Source: Candidatus Latescibacterota bacterium
GTDB lineage: Bacteria; Latescibacterota; UBA2968; UBA8231
Assembly (NCBI GenBank): GCA_965203355.1
Contig: OZ241889.1
Span: 3,392,001 to 3,456,000 of the forward strand
Reading direction: 5' to 3'
DNA length: 64,000 bases
Under the pieces are notes generated by a model that did not search any database, was not told the DNA's origin, and saw only the letters and a program-made list of their open reading frames with translations. This document shows positions 50,193 to 59,312 of this stretch, in pieces. The translations under genes and the position numbers were made by a program. Numbering within the stretch: position 1 is the first letter of the stretch; each line of letters begins with the position of its first letter.

Positions 50193-50786
50193 TTGCGTGC
50201 TTCAATCACAGGCGGCCGGGAATTGCTCCCGGTCGCCTTATTTTTTTTCGCGCTGCTGTGGGCCTCCCCGGCGGCGCATGCGTCCGCGCTCTGGTTGGAA
50301 CATCAGCGCCTATTGCAAGCCGTTGAGCACCACGCGCTAGCTACGCCCTACATCGTCATTAATACCCAAGACAATCTAGTCCTGCTCCGCGACGGAGAGC
50401 AGGTGTTGCGCCAAGCCGCTTGTGCAACGGGCAGCGGGCGCAAACTCGAAGGGGCCAAGCGGTGGCATCGCTGGACCTTCGACACCCCCAAAGGCCGCTT
50501 TGCCATCCGCCGCAAAGTCGCCGATCCCCTGTGGACTCGGCCGACTTGGTACTTTATCGAAAACGACGAGGAGATCCCCATTTTCGCCGAAGATCCGCGG
50601 CGATTCCAACGCGGGGTCTTGGGCGCGTACGCCTTGTACTTCCTCGAGGATTTTATGATTCACGGTACGCTCTTTGAAATCAACTTGGGCAAGAGCATCA
50701 CCCACGGCTGCGTCCGGCTGGGCAGCGAGGACTTGGAATACCTGTACGAAGCCGTCGAAATCGGCTGGCCGGTCTTTATCTACTGA
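50193..50786 (+). CDS. L,D-transpeptidase (YkuD family)
   Basis: TPKGRF, DPLW, IHGT...ITHGCVRL catalytic motif. Confidence 0.9.
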   Translation: MRASITGGRELLPVALFFFALLWASPAAHASALWLEHQRLLQAVEHHALATPYIVINTQDNLVLLRDGEQVLRQAACATGSGRKLEGAKRWHRWTFDTPKGRFAIRRKVADPLWTRPTWYFIENDEEIPIFAEDPRRFQRGVLGAYALYFLEDFMIHGTLFEINLGKSITHGCVRLGSEDLEYLYEAVEIGWPVFIY

Positions 50787-51307
50787 TGAAGTACCTAGCG
50801 TTGTTCTGGGCCTTGGCGTGTGGCGCGAGTGCGGCGTCGGCCGAAGACTTGGCCTATGTCAACGCCGCGCTGCGGGCTTGGTTGCAGGCCATAGAAGCGG
50901 ATGCGCCGTACTTGCTGGTGGATCGGGGTGGGGATGAGTTGCGGCTGATGCACGGGAGGGCGCTCTTGCGGCGCGTACCGCTCGTGGCTGATTCCCTCGG
51001 CGCGCAGCCGTCAGTGCAATCCTCGCTTGTGGCCCGGTTGCGACGCTACCGCCCCAGCAATCCTTGGCAGAGCTTGGTGCCCAGCCCTTTCGATTGGGAG
51101 CAGAACTTGGTTGCCGATGCCGCGGCCACTAGTGCCCTGTATTTTGCGAGCGGTCTGCTGATCTACGCCAGCCCGGCGTGGCATCGCCCCAGTGCTCTAG
51201 ACCTGCAAATTGGCGTTGCTGATTTGCGCGCGTTGTACAATGCCTGCGGCCCGGGCACAACGCTCGTCGTCCTGCCCGCTGACTGGAGAAAGAGGTCGCG
51301 GCCGTGA
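50786..51307 (+). CDS. Secreted YkuD-like protein lacking the catalytic His/Cys
   Basis: Colinear with the upstream LDT (PYLLVD, ALYF..GLLIY, DLRALYN...GTTLVV) but has no HGT/HGC. Confidence 0.55.
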   Translation: MKYLALFWALACGASAASAEDLAYVNAALRAWLQAIEADAPYLLVDRGGDELRLMHGRALLRRVPLVADSLGAQPSVQSSLVARLRRYRPSNPWQSLVPSPFDWEQNLVADAAATSALYFASGLLIYASPAWHRPSALDLQIGVADLRALYNACGPGTTLVVLPADWRKRSRP

Positions 51308-52590
51308 CCTTGCATTTTGGCACGGCGTCGACCGACATCACGCCGCCGGTCGGCATTGCAATGGGCGGGTACTGGGGGCGGCGGTCCGGGGCCACGCACA
51401 TCCGCGACCGCCTCATGGCCAAGGCCCTCGTCTGCGGCTGTGGCGCAACGCGGGTCGCTCTTGTCGCCGTCGATTTGGTGGGATTGGATGCGAGTGTTGT
51501 GCGGGCCATACGGGAGCGGGTCGCACGCGCCACGGGCATTAAAGGCGCGGCCATCATGGTCTGCGCGTCCCACACCCACTCCGGCCCGCTAACGTTCCCC
51601 TTCCGGGGTATGGGGCGCATGGACAGTCGCTACTTGGAACAGGTTGTGGACGCCGTGGTCGAGGTGGTGGTAGCGGCGGACGCCGACAGCCGGCCGGGCC
51701 GTTTGTACTATGCGCGTCCCAAAGTGCAGATCGGCATCAATCGCCGCGAGCCGCACCCGCAAGGTACGCGGATTGGACAGAATCCCGCGGGTCCGGTCGT
51801 GCCCTACGCACACGTGCTGCGCTTTGTTGCTGCCGATGGCCGCGGGGCTACGCTCTTCCATCACGCCTGTCATCCGGTGGTCTTGGGCCATGACAATCTC
51901 AAGATCAGCGGCGACTTTGCCAGTGCGGCGGTGCGCCACATTGAGGAGCAGACCGGCGACGAGGCTCTCTTTGTCAACGGGGCGTGTGGCGACGTCAATC
52001 CGCGGATCACCAACGGCTCTTTTGCCGATGTCGAGGCGTTGGGGCAGGCGTTGGGACAAGCCGTTTTGGAAGGACGGGCTGCGGCTACCCCCTTGGAAGT
52101 TTCAGGGATACACTGGGCGCACGAGCGGTTGGATTTGCCGCTACAGCCCCCGCTGTCGCGCTGTCGCGCTGAAATCGAGCAACTCAAAGGGCACTTGCGG
52201 GTGCGTTTGGCGCGGGGCGATGAGATGTCCAAGGCGCGGCTCGCATGGGCTATAGCTATGCGCGGATGGGTGCAGGCTGGCGCGGTACGCGCTCGAGTGC
52301 AGCCCTTTGAGATGCAGGCGTTGGCTCTCGGCGAGTTGGTGCTTTTGGGGCTGGAAGGGGAGCTCTTCGCCCGCTATCAGCTCGACTTGGAGGCTGCGCA
52401 TGGACCAGCTGTCTTGTGCGGCTTTGCTAATGGCTGCGTTGGTTACGTGCCCACGGCCGACGAGTACGTGCGCGGCGGTTACGAGATTGACTTGGCCTAC
52501 AAGGTTTATCCGAGCGTGCAGATGATTGCGCCGGCGAGCGAGGCGCTGATACGGCAGCGCGCCGCGGCGTTGATCGCAAAGGTGCGTTAG
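51304..52590 (+). CDS. Neutral/alkaline ceramidase-like hydrolase
   Basis: DITPP...MGGY, SHTHSGP, ACHP, GACGDVNP, GYVPT...GGYE. Confidence 0.8.
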   Translation: MTLHFGTASTDITPPVGIAMGGYWGRRSGATHIRDRLMAKALVCGCGATRVALVAVDLVGLDASVVRAIRERVARATGIKGAAIMVCASHTHSGPLTFPFRGMGRMDSRYLEQVVDAVVEVVVAADADSRPGRLYYARPKVQIGINRREPHPQGTRIGQNPAGPVVPYAHVLRFVAADGRGATLFHHACHPVVLGHDNLKISGDFASAAVRHIEEQTGDEALFVNGACGDVNPRITNGSFADVEALGQALGQAVLEGRAAATPLEVSGIHWAHERLDLPLQPPLSRCRAEIEQLKGHLRVRLARGDEMSKARLAWAIAMRGWVQAGAVRARVQPFEMQALALGELVLLGLEGELFARYQLDLEAAHGPAVLCGFANGCVGYVPTADEYVRGGYEIDLAYKVYPSVQMIAPASEALIRQRAAALIAKVR

Positions 52591-52754
52591 CTTACGGAGT
52601 CTTTGACAGGGTTATTTTAGGCGGTGGTGTTATCTTGTAAATTGTGAGGTATAACCAAACTAAAGGAGCTATTGCTATGACACTTGAAGATCAATCGGCC
52701 TTCGGTGGTTTGGAATAGCGCGCTTTCACCGCTTCACCGCAACAGGGAGGATGT

Positions 52755-53429
52755 ATGCGCGATCTAGCAGAGCTCTACGATCAAGTTCCGGCGACGCGGT
52801 GTGCGGGTTCGGGCGATTGCTGCTGGCTCACCGACGAGGAGTTCGGCAACTACTACGCCACCATGTTTCCGCTTTACCAGGTCGAATACGTCCACATCGT
52901 CGCCTATGTGGAGCAGCACTTTTCTCCGCCGCGTCGCCAAGAGTTGCTGCGCTTTACCGAGGAGCGGCCCCGCCGCTGTCCCTTTCTCGGCGCGGACCAT
53001 AGCTGTACCATCTATCCGGTGCGCCCGCTGATTTGCCGCACGTATGGGGCGATGAATCCGGTTTCGATTGCCCGCCAAGCCATGGCGCATCAGGACGCTT
53101 TACCGACGGCACAGATCCGAGCCTTTGTGCGGCGCGAAGCCGGCATGGTATGTCCGCGGGTGGCGGTGCTCGAGCCGGAAAAGGTCGCACGGCACGCCCG
53201 CATGCTCATCGAAGGGACGTACGAGCGCGAATTGGCGCGGCTCAGCGGCGAGGTGGCGTTGGCTGGCGCGGCGCGCAAACGGCTCTTCCAACAGCTTACC
53301 AGCCGAAAAGAGTGGCCGCTGCGCTGGTCTTGGGGAGGCTTTAATGCGCTGCGCTTTGCGCCGCTAGCGTGGCTGCGCCAGCATTTTGCCGCGTATTGGA
53401 AAAGGGCCGAGCTTGTCAATGGCAAATGA
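52755..53429 (+). CDS. YkgJ-family cysteine-cluster protein
   Basis: C..SGDCC, CPFL....CTIYPVRPLICR. Confidence 0.8.
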   Translation: MRDLAELYDQVPATRCAGSGDCCWLTDEEFGNYYATMFPLYQVEYVHIVAYVEQHFSPPRRQELLRFTEERPRRCPFLGADHSCTIYPVRPLICRTYGAMNPVSIARQAMAHQDALPTAQIRAFVRREAGMVCPRVAVLEPEKVARHARMLIEGTYERELARLSGEVALAGAARKRLFQQLTSRKEWPLRWSWGGFNALRFAPLAWLRQHFAAYWKRAELVNGK

Positions 53430-53588
53430 CGCGAAGGGAGACGGCACCCATGCAGCTTGGGTTGCCGCGGCCGGCGCGTAGATTGGCCGCAAAACGACCC
53501 GCTGGCGCGAGGAACACGCGAACCCCATGCCGCGCCCGTCTGCCGAGTGGATCGCTGCCGAAGATCACCGCTTGGGCCGGCGTGCGAG

Positions 53589-55046
53589 TTAGCCGCTGAG
53601 TTTTCCCAACAACCCCCAACCGCTGACAGCGGCCGAGGCGATCAGGACCAAGGTCGAGATCACCGCGCCGATGAGCACCGAGGCGTGGGTGCGGTAGGCG
53701 GCGGGCAGTTTGAAGTTGAGATAGATCGCTGCCACCATCATTATGGCAATGGCCAGATTGGCGATGAGGAAACCGGCGATCTGGGTCAGGATGTCGAAGG
53801 GGATGTTGTGCCAGACGATGAGCATGGTGGCGGTGAAGATGTAGAGGCAGATGACGCGCTTGATCGTCTGGTATTCCCAAGTGCGGTCTGGCCAGCGGGC
53901 GGCGAGAAACTCTTGCGCGACGCGGGCGTAGATTTCGGGCAGGGCTTGCAGGGTGCCCCACAGCGCAGCGAGGATACAGACGTAGTAAATCCACACCAAG
54001 CTCGGATGAATTTGCCGCCAGACGTGGGCTTGGTGCGTCAGCAGGTTCCAGCCCTCGAAGCGGGTTTCGAGCGGGAAGAGCACGGCCGCCCCGGAAATCA
54101 TAAAGGCCCCGGTGACGATAAAGAGGACCAGGGCCCCCAGCGCCACGTCCCAACGCAGCGGCGACACGCGCTGCCGCAGGTGGCGAGTTTGCTGGGGATC
54201 GTCGGGTAGGTAGTCGATGCCCTGGCTGCGGGCGGCGCGGTCGCGGATGGCCTCGATATCTTGGTGGCCGGTCAGCCCCCACTTGTGCAGGCCGATCCAG
54301 TTGGCGTAGGCGATGTAGCCGATGACCGAGCCCCCGACGTAGCCAAAGGTGGTGCCCAACGTCAGCAGCGGATGCGCGATCGCGTCCTCGGGTGCCCACG
54401 CTGGAAAGGGCGGTAAGTCGCCAAAGCGGAAGGTCCCCACAAGGGCTGAGATAAAGTCTGGACGCACGATGAGGGTCCCGACGATGGTGCCCGTGACTAG
54501 AATCCCACAGATGATGAGTTGTTGCTTTTCGAGGCGTTCAAAGGACAGGCGGATGCCAAAGAGCAGCGCCAAGGCAACAAAGGCCGAAGTTATGGCGTTT
54601 TCCCAGAAGACTTCTTCCTCGCCAGCGGGCAACATGTCGCGCAGCAAGAAGTGAAAGAGATCGCCGCAGGGTTTGGAGATGGGCACCCAAGCGAGGGGCG
54701 CGCCGATCATCTCAAACAGCAAGATGGTCAACAGCAACCATCCGCGCGGCCCCGGTAGGCGCACGAGGCGGTGGCCGATCAGTTCGCCGCTGACGGCTGT
54801 GTAGCGGCCGATCAGATAGGTGAAGAAGACGCCCTTGACCAAGCAACTGAGCAAGACCATCCACAGCAAGCCATAGCCGGCCCACGCACCGGCCCGCACC
54901 ACGACGATGGTCTCGCCGGCGCCGATAGCGACCGAGGCGACGATGGCGGCCGGGCCAAAAACCGCGAGCATCCCGAAGAGTTTCTTCAGGGACCAAGTTT
55001 GGGCAAAGACGCCTTCGGGCGGTGGGATTTCTATTTTGTCTCCCAT
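53589..55046 (-). CDS. Nramp-superfamily transporter
   Basis: GPAAIVASVAIGAGE, YGLLW, multiple TM helices; AGGAG RBS before 55046. Confidence 0.75.
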   Translation of the reverse strand: MGDKIEIPPPEGVFAQTWSLKKLFGMLAVFGPAAIVASVAIGAGETIVVVRAGAWAGYGLLWMVLLSCLVKGVFFTYLIGRYTAVSGELIGHRLVRLPGPRGWLLLTILLFEMIGAPLAWVPISKPCGDLFHFLLRDMLPAGEEEVFWENAITSAFVALALLFGIRLSFERLEKQQLIICGILVTGTIVGTLIVRPDFISALVGTFRFGDLPPFPAWAPEDAIAHPLLTLGTTFGYVGGSVIGYIAYANWIGLHKWGLTGHQDIEAIRDRAARSQGIDYLPDDPQQTRHLRQRVSPLRWDVALGALVLFIVTGAFMISGAAVLFPLETRFEGWNLLTHQAHVWRQIHPSLVWIYYVCILAALWGTLQALPEIYARVAQEFLAARWPDRTWEYQTIKRVICLYIFTATMLIVWHNIPFDILTQIAGFLIANLAIAIMMVAAIYLNFKLPAAYRTHASVLIGAVISTLVLIASAAVSGWGLLGKLSG

Positions 55047-55271
55047 TATTGCTCCTATTGTAATAACATCTGACCGAGGCGCAAACTGCCGAGCCTGCAT
55101 TCCATCCTGTGGTAAGAGAACCCACCGCGTCCGAGGCTGTCTTGTTTTTTGCCTATTAGGCAGTCGGGCGGAGATGATGCGTGGGTTCCCTTGTTTTCAG
55201 ATTGAGCAGCTACCAAAGGCAAGGAACGAACATCAGCCGGGTGAACTGCTTTTTGGATATTTGGCTGAGGA

Positions 55272-56285
55272 TCAAACGCCACCAGCGTTGGTGAGTAAAT
55301 CAATGACAGCCGCGCGCCGATCCTTGTCTTTCACCTTGGAGCGCAACGCCATCGCTAGCGGCGTCTGACCCGCATCGTCTTTGGCGTTGACTGCGGCCCC
55401 ATGGTCGAGCAGCAAGGCGACGATTTGGTCGAATCCCGCTTTGGCGGCGCAGTGCAATGCCGTCTGCCCCTTGTAGTTCCCAACGTTGACGTCGGCTCCA
55501 CGGTCGAGTAGGTCGCGTACGCGCTGGATATTGCCGCCGCGGTCGCCGCGCGATTGGAAGACAAGGGGTGGCCAACCGCCCTCGGCGCGATCCACATCCA
55601 CAGCGACGCCGTGCGCGGTCAGCAATTCGATGATCTCGGCATTGACAATGCCGGAGCGAGGGGCCTCAGCGTGCGTTGGATCGGCCCCGGCGTCGAGCAG
55701 GGCCTTGAGGATGTCGGCGCGATCCCGCCACACGGCAAAGCGGATCAGCCCGCTGCTGTACGGCCGCGGATCAGCCCCTCGCTTCAATAGCATCGCGACG
55801 ATGGCGAGGTGCCCGGCACTGACGGCGTAGTGCAAGACCGTCATGCGGAAACTGGAACCGTGCTGTGCTTTTTCTGCCGTTGCTAGCGCTGGTTCGCGGT
55901 CGAGATAGCCAGCGACTGTATCGTCCTCGCCGAGAAAGGTTGCGGTGTAAATGTCGGTTGTGGCGCCGCGTGTCAGCAGGCGGTCGGCGACCGCGTGATG
56001 GCGCTTGTGGTGCGCGGCGCAGTAGGGAGAGATTTCGACGAGCAGCGGCGTGAAGTGACAGCCACAGGCGTGGATGTCAGCACCGCGATCAAGCAGGTAA
56101 TCGACCATGGCCAGCCGCCCCCGATACGCAGCTTCCCACAACATGGTGCGGCCGTGCGAACCAATGCGGCTGATCCATGCAGGCTCCTGCGCCAACACGG
56201 CTTGGACCGTTTGGCGGTCGCCGCGTCCAGCCGCCGCGACCGCGACCTTGAGAAAATCGCTAACTTTTCCCGCCAGAATCGACAC
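55272..56285 (-). CDS. Ankyrin-repeat protein
   Basis: GRTMLWEAA, TVLHYAV, GQTALHCAA..G...IV.LLL..GA repeats. Confidence 0.92.
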   Translation of the reverse strand: MSILAGKVSDFLKVAVAAAGRGDRQTVQAVLAQEPAWISRIGSHGRTMLWEAAYRGRLAMVDYLLDRGADIHACGCHFTPLLVEISPYCAAHHKRHHAVADRLLTRGATTDIYTATFLGEDDTVAGYLDREPALATAEKAQHGSSFRMTVLHYAVSAGHLAIVAMLLKRGADPRPYSSGLIRFAVWRDRADILKALLDAGADPTHAEAPRSGIVNAEIIELLTAHGVAVDVDRAEGGWPPLVFQSRGDRGGNIQRVRDLLDRGADVNVGNYKGQTALHCAAKAGFDQIVALLLDHGAAVNAKDDAGQTPLAMALRSKVKDKDRRAAVIDLLTNAGGV

Positions 56286-56650
56286 TGTTGGTTGACCTTA
56301 TGGACTATAGTAATTCCAAGTCATCTTGCGGCGGACAGGCGCGGATGGTAAAAACCCGGATTCCTGGACTCGTTGAAGCCCTGATTGTTGGTGGCCGGGC
56401 GCATGATAGTTCTCTTGGCGTTGGTTTTATAAAAGCCAAACCTGCCGCACGGCGTGGTGTCGGCAGCCTGTTGAGCCGTATGAAACTAAGCTGGCTCAAC
56501 CCTGTCAAGGATTTATTCGCCGCGACAAGGGTTGAACCATTGGAGCTGTCTAAGTTAAGTTCTCATATGCGAATATAGGTTTAAGTCGCATGGTTCAATG
56601 CTAAAATGGACAATGCGCTATGCGATAAAAATCAAGAGTCTGGAGGAAAA

Positions 56651-57223
56651 ATGGTTCTCAGTGACCGCGTGATTAAGACGCTACTGGCAGAGGGCAAAAT
56701 CGTCGTCGATCCGCTGGGGGAGCGGTGCATTCAGCCCGCTAGCGTTGATGTTCATCTCGACAAACACATTCTCGTGTTCCGCAACTCGCGCCGCCCATTC
56801 ATCGACGTGCGCGAGGACTTGAGCGACCTGACTGAAATGGAGGCGATCGGCGATCAGCCCTTTATGCTGCATCCGGGCGAGTTCGTACTGGGCAGCACCC
56901 TTGAGACGATAGCACTGCCGAATGACTTAGTGGCGCGGCTAGAGGGCAAGAGTTCGCTGGGGCGTATCGGGCTGCTGATTCACTCGACTGCGGGATATGT
57001 GGATCCCGGCTGGCAGGGACATCTGACGCTGGAACTGAGCAATGTGGCGAACCTACCCATCACGCTGTATCAGGGCATGAAGATCGGGCAGCTCTCGTTC
57101 CTACAGCTATCGACGCCAGCCGATAGCCCCTACGGTTCGCCGGGGTTGGGCAGCAAGTACCAGGGACAGACCGCGCCCACGGCCAGCCGCGCCTATCGGG
57201 ATTTTGCGGACGGCAAAGGTTAG
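56651..57223 (+). CDS. dcd: dCTP deaminase
   Basis: [35 protein letters not shown]; GGAGG RBS. Confidence 0.95.
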   Translation: MVLSDRVIKTLLAEGKIVVDPLGERCIQPASVDVHLDKHILVFRNSRRPFIDVREDLSDLTEMEAIGDQPFMLHPGEFVLGSTLETIALPNDLVARLEGKSSLGRIGLLIHSTAGYVDPGWQGHLTLELSNVANLPITLYQGMKIGQLSFLQLSTPADSPYGSPGLGSKYQGQTAPTASRAYRDFADGKG

Positions 57224-57384
57224 CAACTCCATCCGCGTCTTTTTGGTCCATGTCCATGGGGCAACTTGGCTCACCCGCCCCTTGCTGTTGGAAGAGATGG
57301 ACCCGATTCGTTGAATTGGATCGCTTGAGATGGATTTACTACGCCCTCTCAGTCGTTGACCAGTCTCGGCTCACGAGCACCTCT

Positions 57385-57624
57385 TCATGGCTTTCTAGCG
57401 GCTCCTCGGTCCGCGTCTTCTACACGGCCTATACGTTCATCACGGGTTGCGTCAAGATCGAACAGCGATGGGATGTCGTCCACGTCAAGATCGAATAGCT
57501 GTAGGATGTCGTCCACGACCGTATTCTCGAGTTCGTCCCCGATCCTTTTGGGCGGGTCTTTATCCAGCGTACGAACCGTATAGCGGTGGCCATCTTTTCC
57601 CGTAACTTGAAAAGCCGTAGTCAT
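57385..57624 (-). CDS. Small acidic hypothetical protein
   Basis: 79-aa ORF filling the gap, divergent from arsC; no motif recognised. Confidence 0.4.
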   Translation of the reverse strand: MTTAFQVTGKDGHRYTVRTLDKDPPKRIGDELENTVVDDILQLFDLDVDDIPSLFDLDATRDERIGRVEDADRGAARKP

Positions 57625-57666
57625 TATGCCCACTTCAAATGTCCCTGCATACCAAAAGAAAAAATC

Positions 57667-58092
57667 ATGACCAAAATCCTCTTCCTTTGCACTGGCAACT
57701 CCTGCCGCAGTCAAATGGCCGAAGGCTTTGCCCGCGCCCTAAAATCCAATCGGTTTGAAGCCTACTCAGCCGGAATCGAGACCCACGGCCTCAATCCCAA
57801 CGCCGTCCAAGTGATGGCCGAGGTCGGCATTGATATCTCGGATCAGCAATCGACGCATGTTGACCATCTCAGCCACATCGACTTTGACTGGGTGGTCGCG
57901 GTCTGCGATCACGCGGCCGAACAGTGTCCTGTTTTTCCGGGGTGCGCTCGGATGGTGCATCGGGCTTTTGACGATCCGCCCAAGCTAGCGCGAGATGCGC
58001 GGAGTGCCGAAGAGGCATTGGGGGCGTATCGGCGGGTGCGCGACGAGATTGGTGCTTATATCGAGACCTTGCCCGAGGGTTTGGCGGGTTAA
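57667..58092 (+). CDS. arsC: Arsenate reductase (LMW-PTP family)
   Basis: LFLCTGNSCRSQMAEG, CPVFPG, FDDP. Confidence 0.9.
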   Translation: MTKILFLCTGNSCRSQMAEGFARALKSNRFEAYSAGIETHGLNPNAVQVMAEVGIDISDQQSTHVDHLSHIDFDWVVAVCDHAAEQCPVFPGCARMVHRAFDDPPKLARDARSAEEALGAYRRVRDEIGAYIETLPEGLAG

Positions 58093-58144
58093 ACGCGCTT
58101 GTTCGGCGGTGCTCTTGACCAGCGGCAGTAGCGAGGGCCGGGGA

Positions 58145-58753
58145 TTAAGGCGCGTCGGTGGGAGGTTGTCCAATAGAGACGATGCGGCGGAAGGTGAGGT
58201 TGAGGCGCAGGTCGCACGGGCGTTGGGTCTTGGGAACTTGGTGCTGCCAGTGGGATTGGGTTGGGCCGCGCATGATGAGGAGTGCGCCGTGCCCGAGGGG
58301 GATTTCGACCGGGGGGTGAGCGCGGTGTTTGTGTCGCAGGAGGAAGCGCCGCGTCCCCCCCAAACTCAGCGAGGCGATCGTCGGGTTGGCTCCCAACTCT
58401 GGCTCGTCGTCGCTGTGCCAGCCCATGCTGTCGCGACCGTCGCGGTACTGGTTGAGCAGGACGCTGTTGAAGGGCGAATCAGCGGCGGCTTCGATCCGCG
58501 TCTTGAGGTCTAGCAGCGGCGCAGTCCACGGGCATGGTTCCAGCGCCAGCCCCGAATAGGCGTAGTGGGCTGCTGGGGAGCCGTGCCAGGCTGAAAGACG
58601 CGGCGCGGGATGCTTGCGGCCAAAGATGACGACGTGGTGCTGTTGCCACTCAATGCCGTCCAATAGTTGTCGCGTGAATTGGTCGGCCTCGGCCGAGGGC
58701 AAAAAGTTGGGGGCGTAGCGCAGGTCGCCATCCGGGAGGGGAATGGCCCTCAT
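58145..58753 (-). CDS. AlkB-family 2OG-Fe(II) dioxygenase (ALKBH2/3-like)
   Basis: FNSVLLNQYRDGRDSMGWHSDDE, SLSLG, WQHQVPK, RLNLTFR. Confidence 0.92.
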   Translation of the reverse strand: MRAIPLPDGDLRYAPNFLPSAEADQFTRQLLDGIEWQQHHVVIFGRKHPAPRLSAWHGSPAAHYAYSGLALEPCPWTAPLLDLKTRIEAAADSPFNSVLLNQYRDGRDSMGWHSDDEPELGANPTIASLSLGGTRRFLLRHKHRAHPPVEIPLGHGALLIMRGPTQSHWQHQVPKTQRPCDLRLNLTFRRIVSIGQPPTDAP

Positions 58754-58769
58754 TTCACTGTGTAGCCGA

Positions 58770-58904
58770 GGTCGTCCGGTGGGCTGTTTAGTTCTTGACA
58801 TTGGCAATAGAAATGGGACCCGGCAGCGGTGGGGACGGCGGGTCGTCCGGTGGGCTGTTTAGTTCCTGACATTGACAATAGAAATCGACATTAACAATAG
58901 AAAT
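58770..58904. repeat. Local ~45-bp direct repeats
   Basis: GGTCGTCCGGTGGGCTGTTTAGTTC.TGACATT..CAATAGAAAT at 58770 and 58841, plus a partial third copy. Confidence 0.85.
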
Positions 58905-59312
58905 GAGACCCCAGAACATCAGGGTCCGATTTCCGTAACTCGCGGTGTCGTGTGTGCTACTTGAGCAGCAGCATCTTCTGGATGTCGACAAACGCTTCAC
59001 CTGCCTGCAAGCGGTCCGTAGGTTGTCGATCGGACGTTCATAAAGAAAATGGGACCTCAAACCGAAAATTGAGGTCCCATTTTCGTAACTTGCGGTGTCG
59101 CGTGTGCTACTTGAGCAGCATCTTCTGGACGGCGAGGCAATCGCCGCCCGCCTGCAAGCGGGCCGTAGCCTGTCGATCTGACGTTCATAAGAAAATGGGA
59201 CCCCAGAAAACTGAGGTCCCATTTCCGTAACTCGCCAACATCGTGTCGCGTGTGCTACTTGAGCAGCAGCATCTTCTTGATGTCGAGGAAATCACCGCCC
59301 GCCTGCAAGCGG
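58900..59312 (-). repeat. Tandem array (148 and 150-bp units) of variant gene 3' ends plus terminators
   Basis: Stop-codon-bearing copies at 59255 (gene), 59107 and 58957, each followed by a GGGACC...GGTCCC-type hairpin. Confidence 0.92.

Noticed and set aside
52664-52718. Tiny ORF MTLEDQSAFGGLE with a strong RBS
   Set aside because: Too short to assign; probably a deletion remnant.
55118-55188. Possible metal riboswitch upstream of the Nramp-like gene (GAACCCAC/GTGGGTTC inverted repeat)
   Set aside because: No yybP-ykoY or NiCo consensus recognised; a single hairpin is insufficient evidence.
58788-59222. 144-aa ORF across the repeat array
   Set aside because: Runs through terminator hairpins in a frame unrelated to the gene ends; most likely a by-product of the repeats.
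58900-59312. Diversity-generating retroelement (TR/VR plus hairpin at a gene's C-terminus)
   Set aside because: Differences between copies are not confined to adenines, include a codon deletion, and no reverse transcriptase is present in the window.
58770-59312. CRISPR array
   Set aside because: Units are ~150 bp and homologous along their whole length, with no unique spacers and no cas genes.
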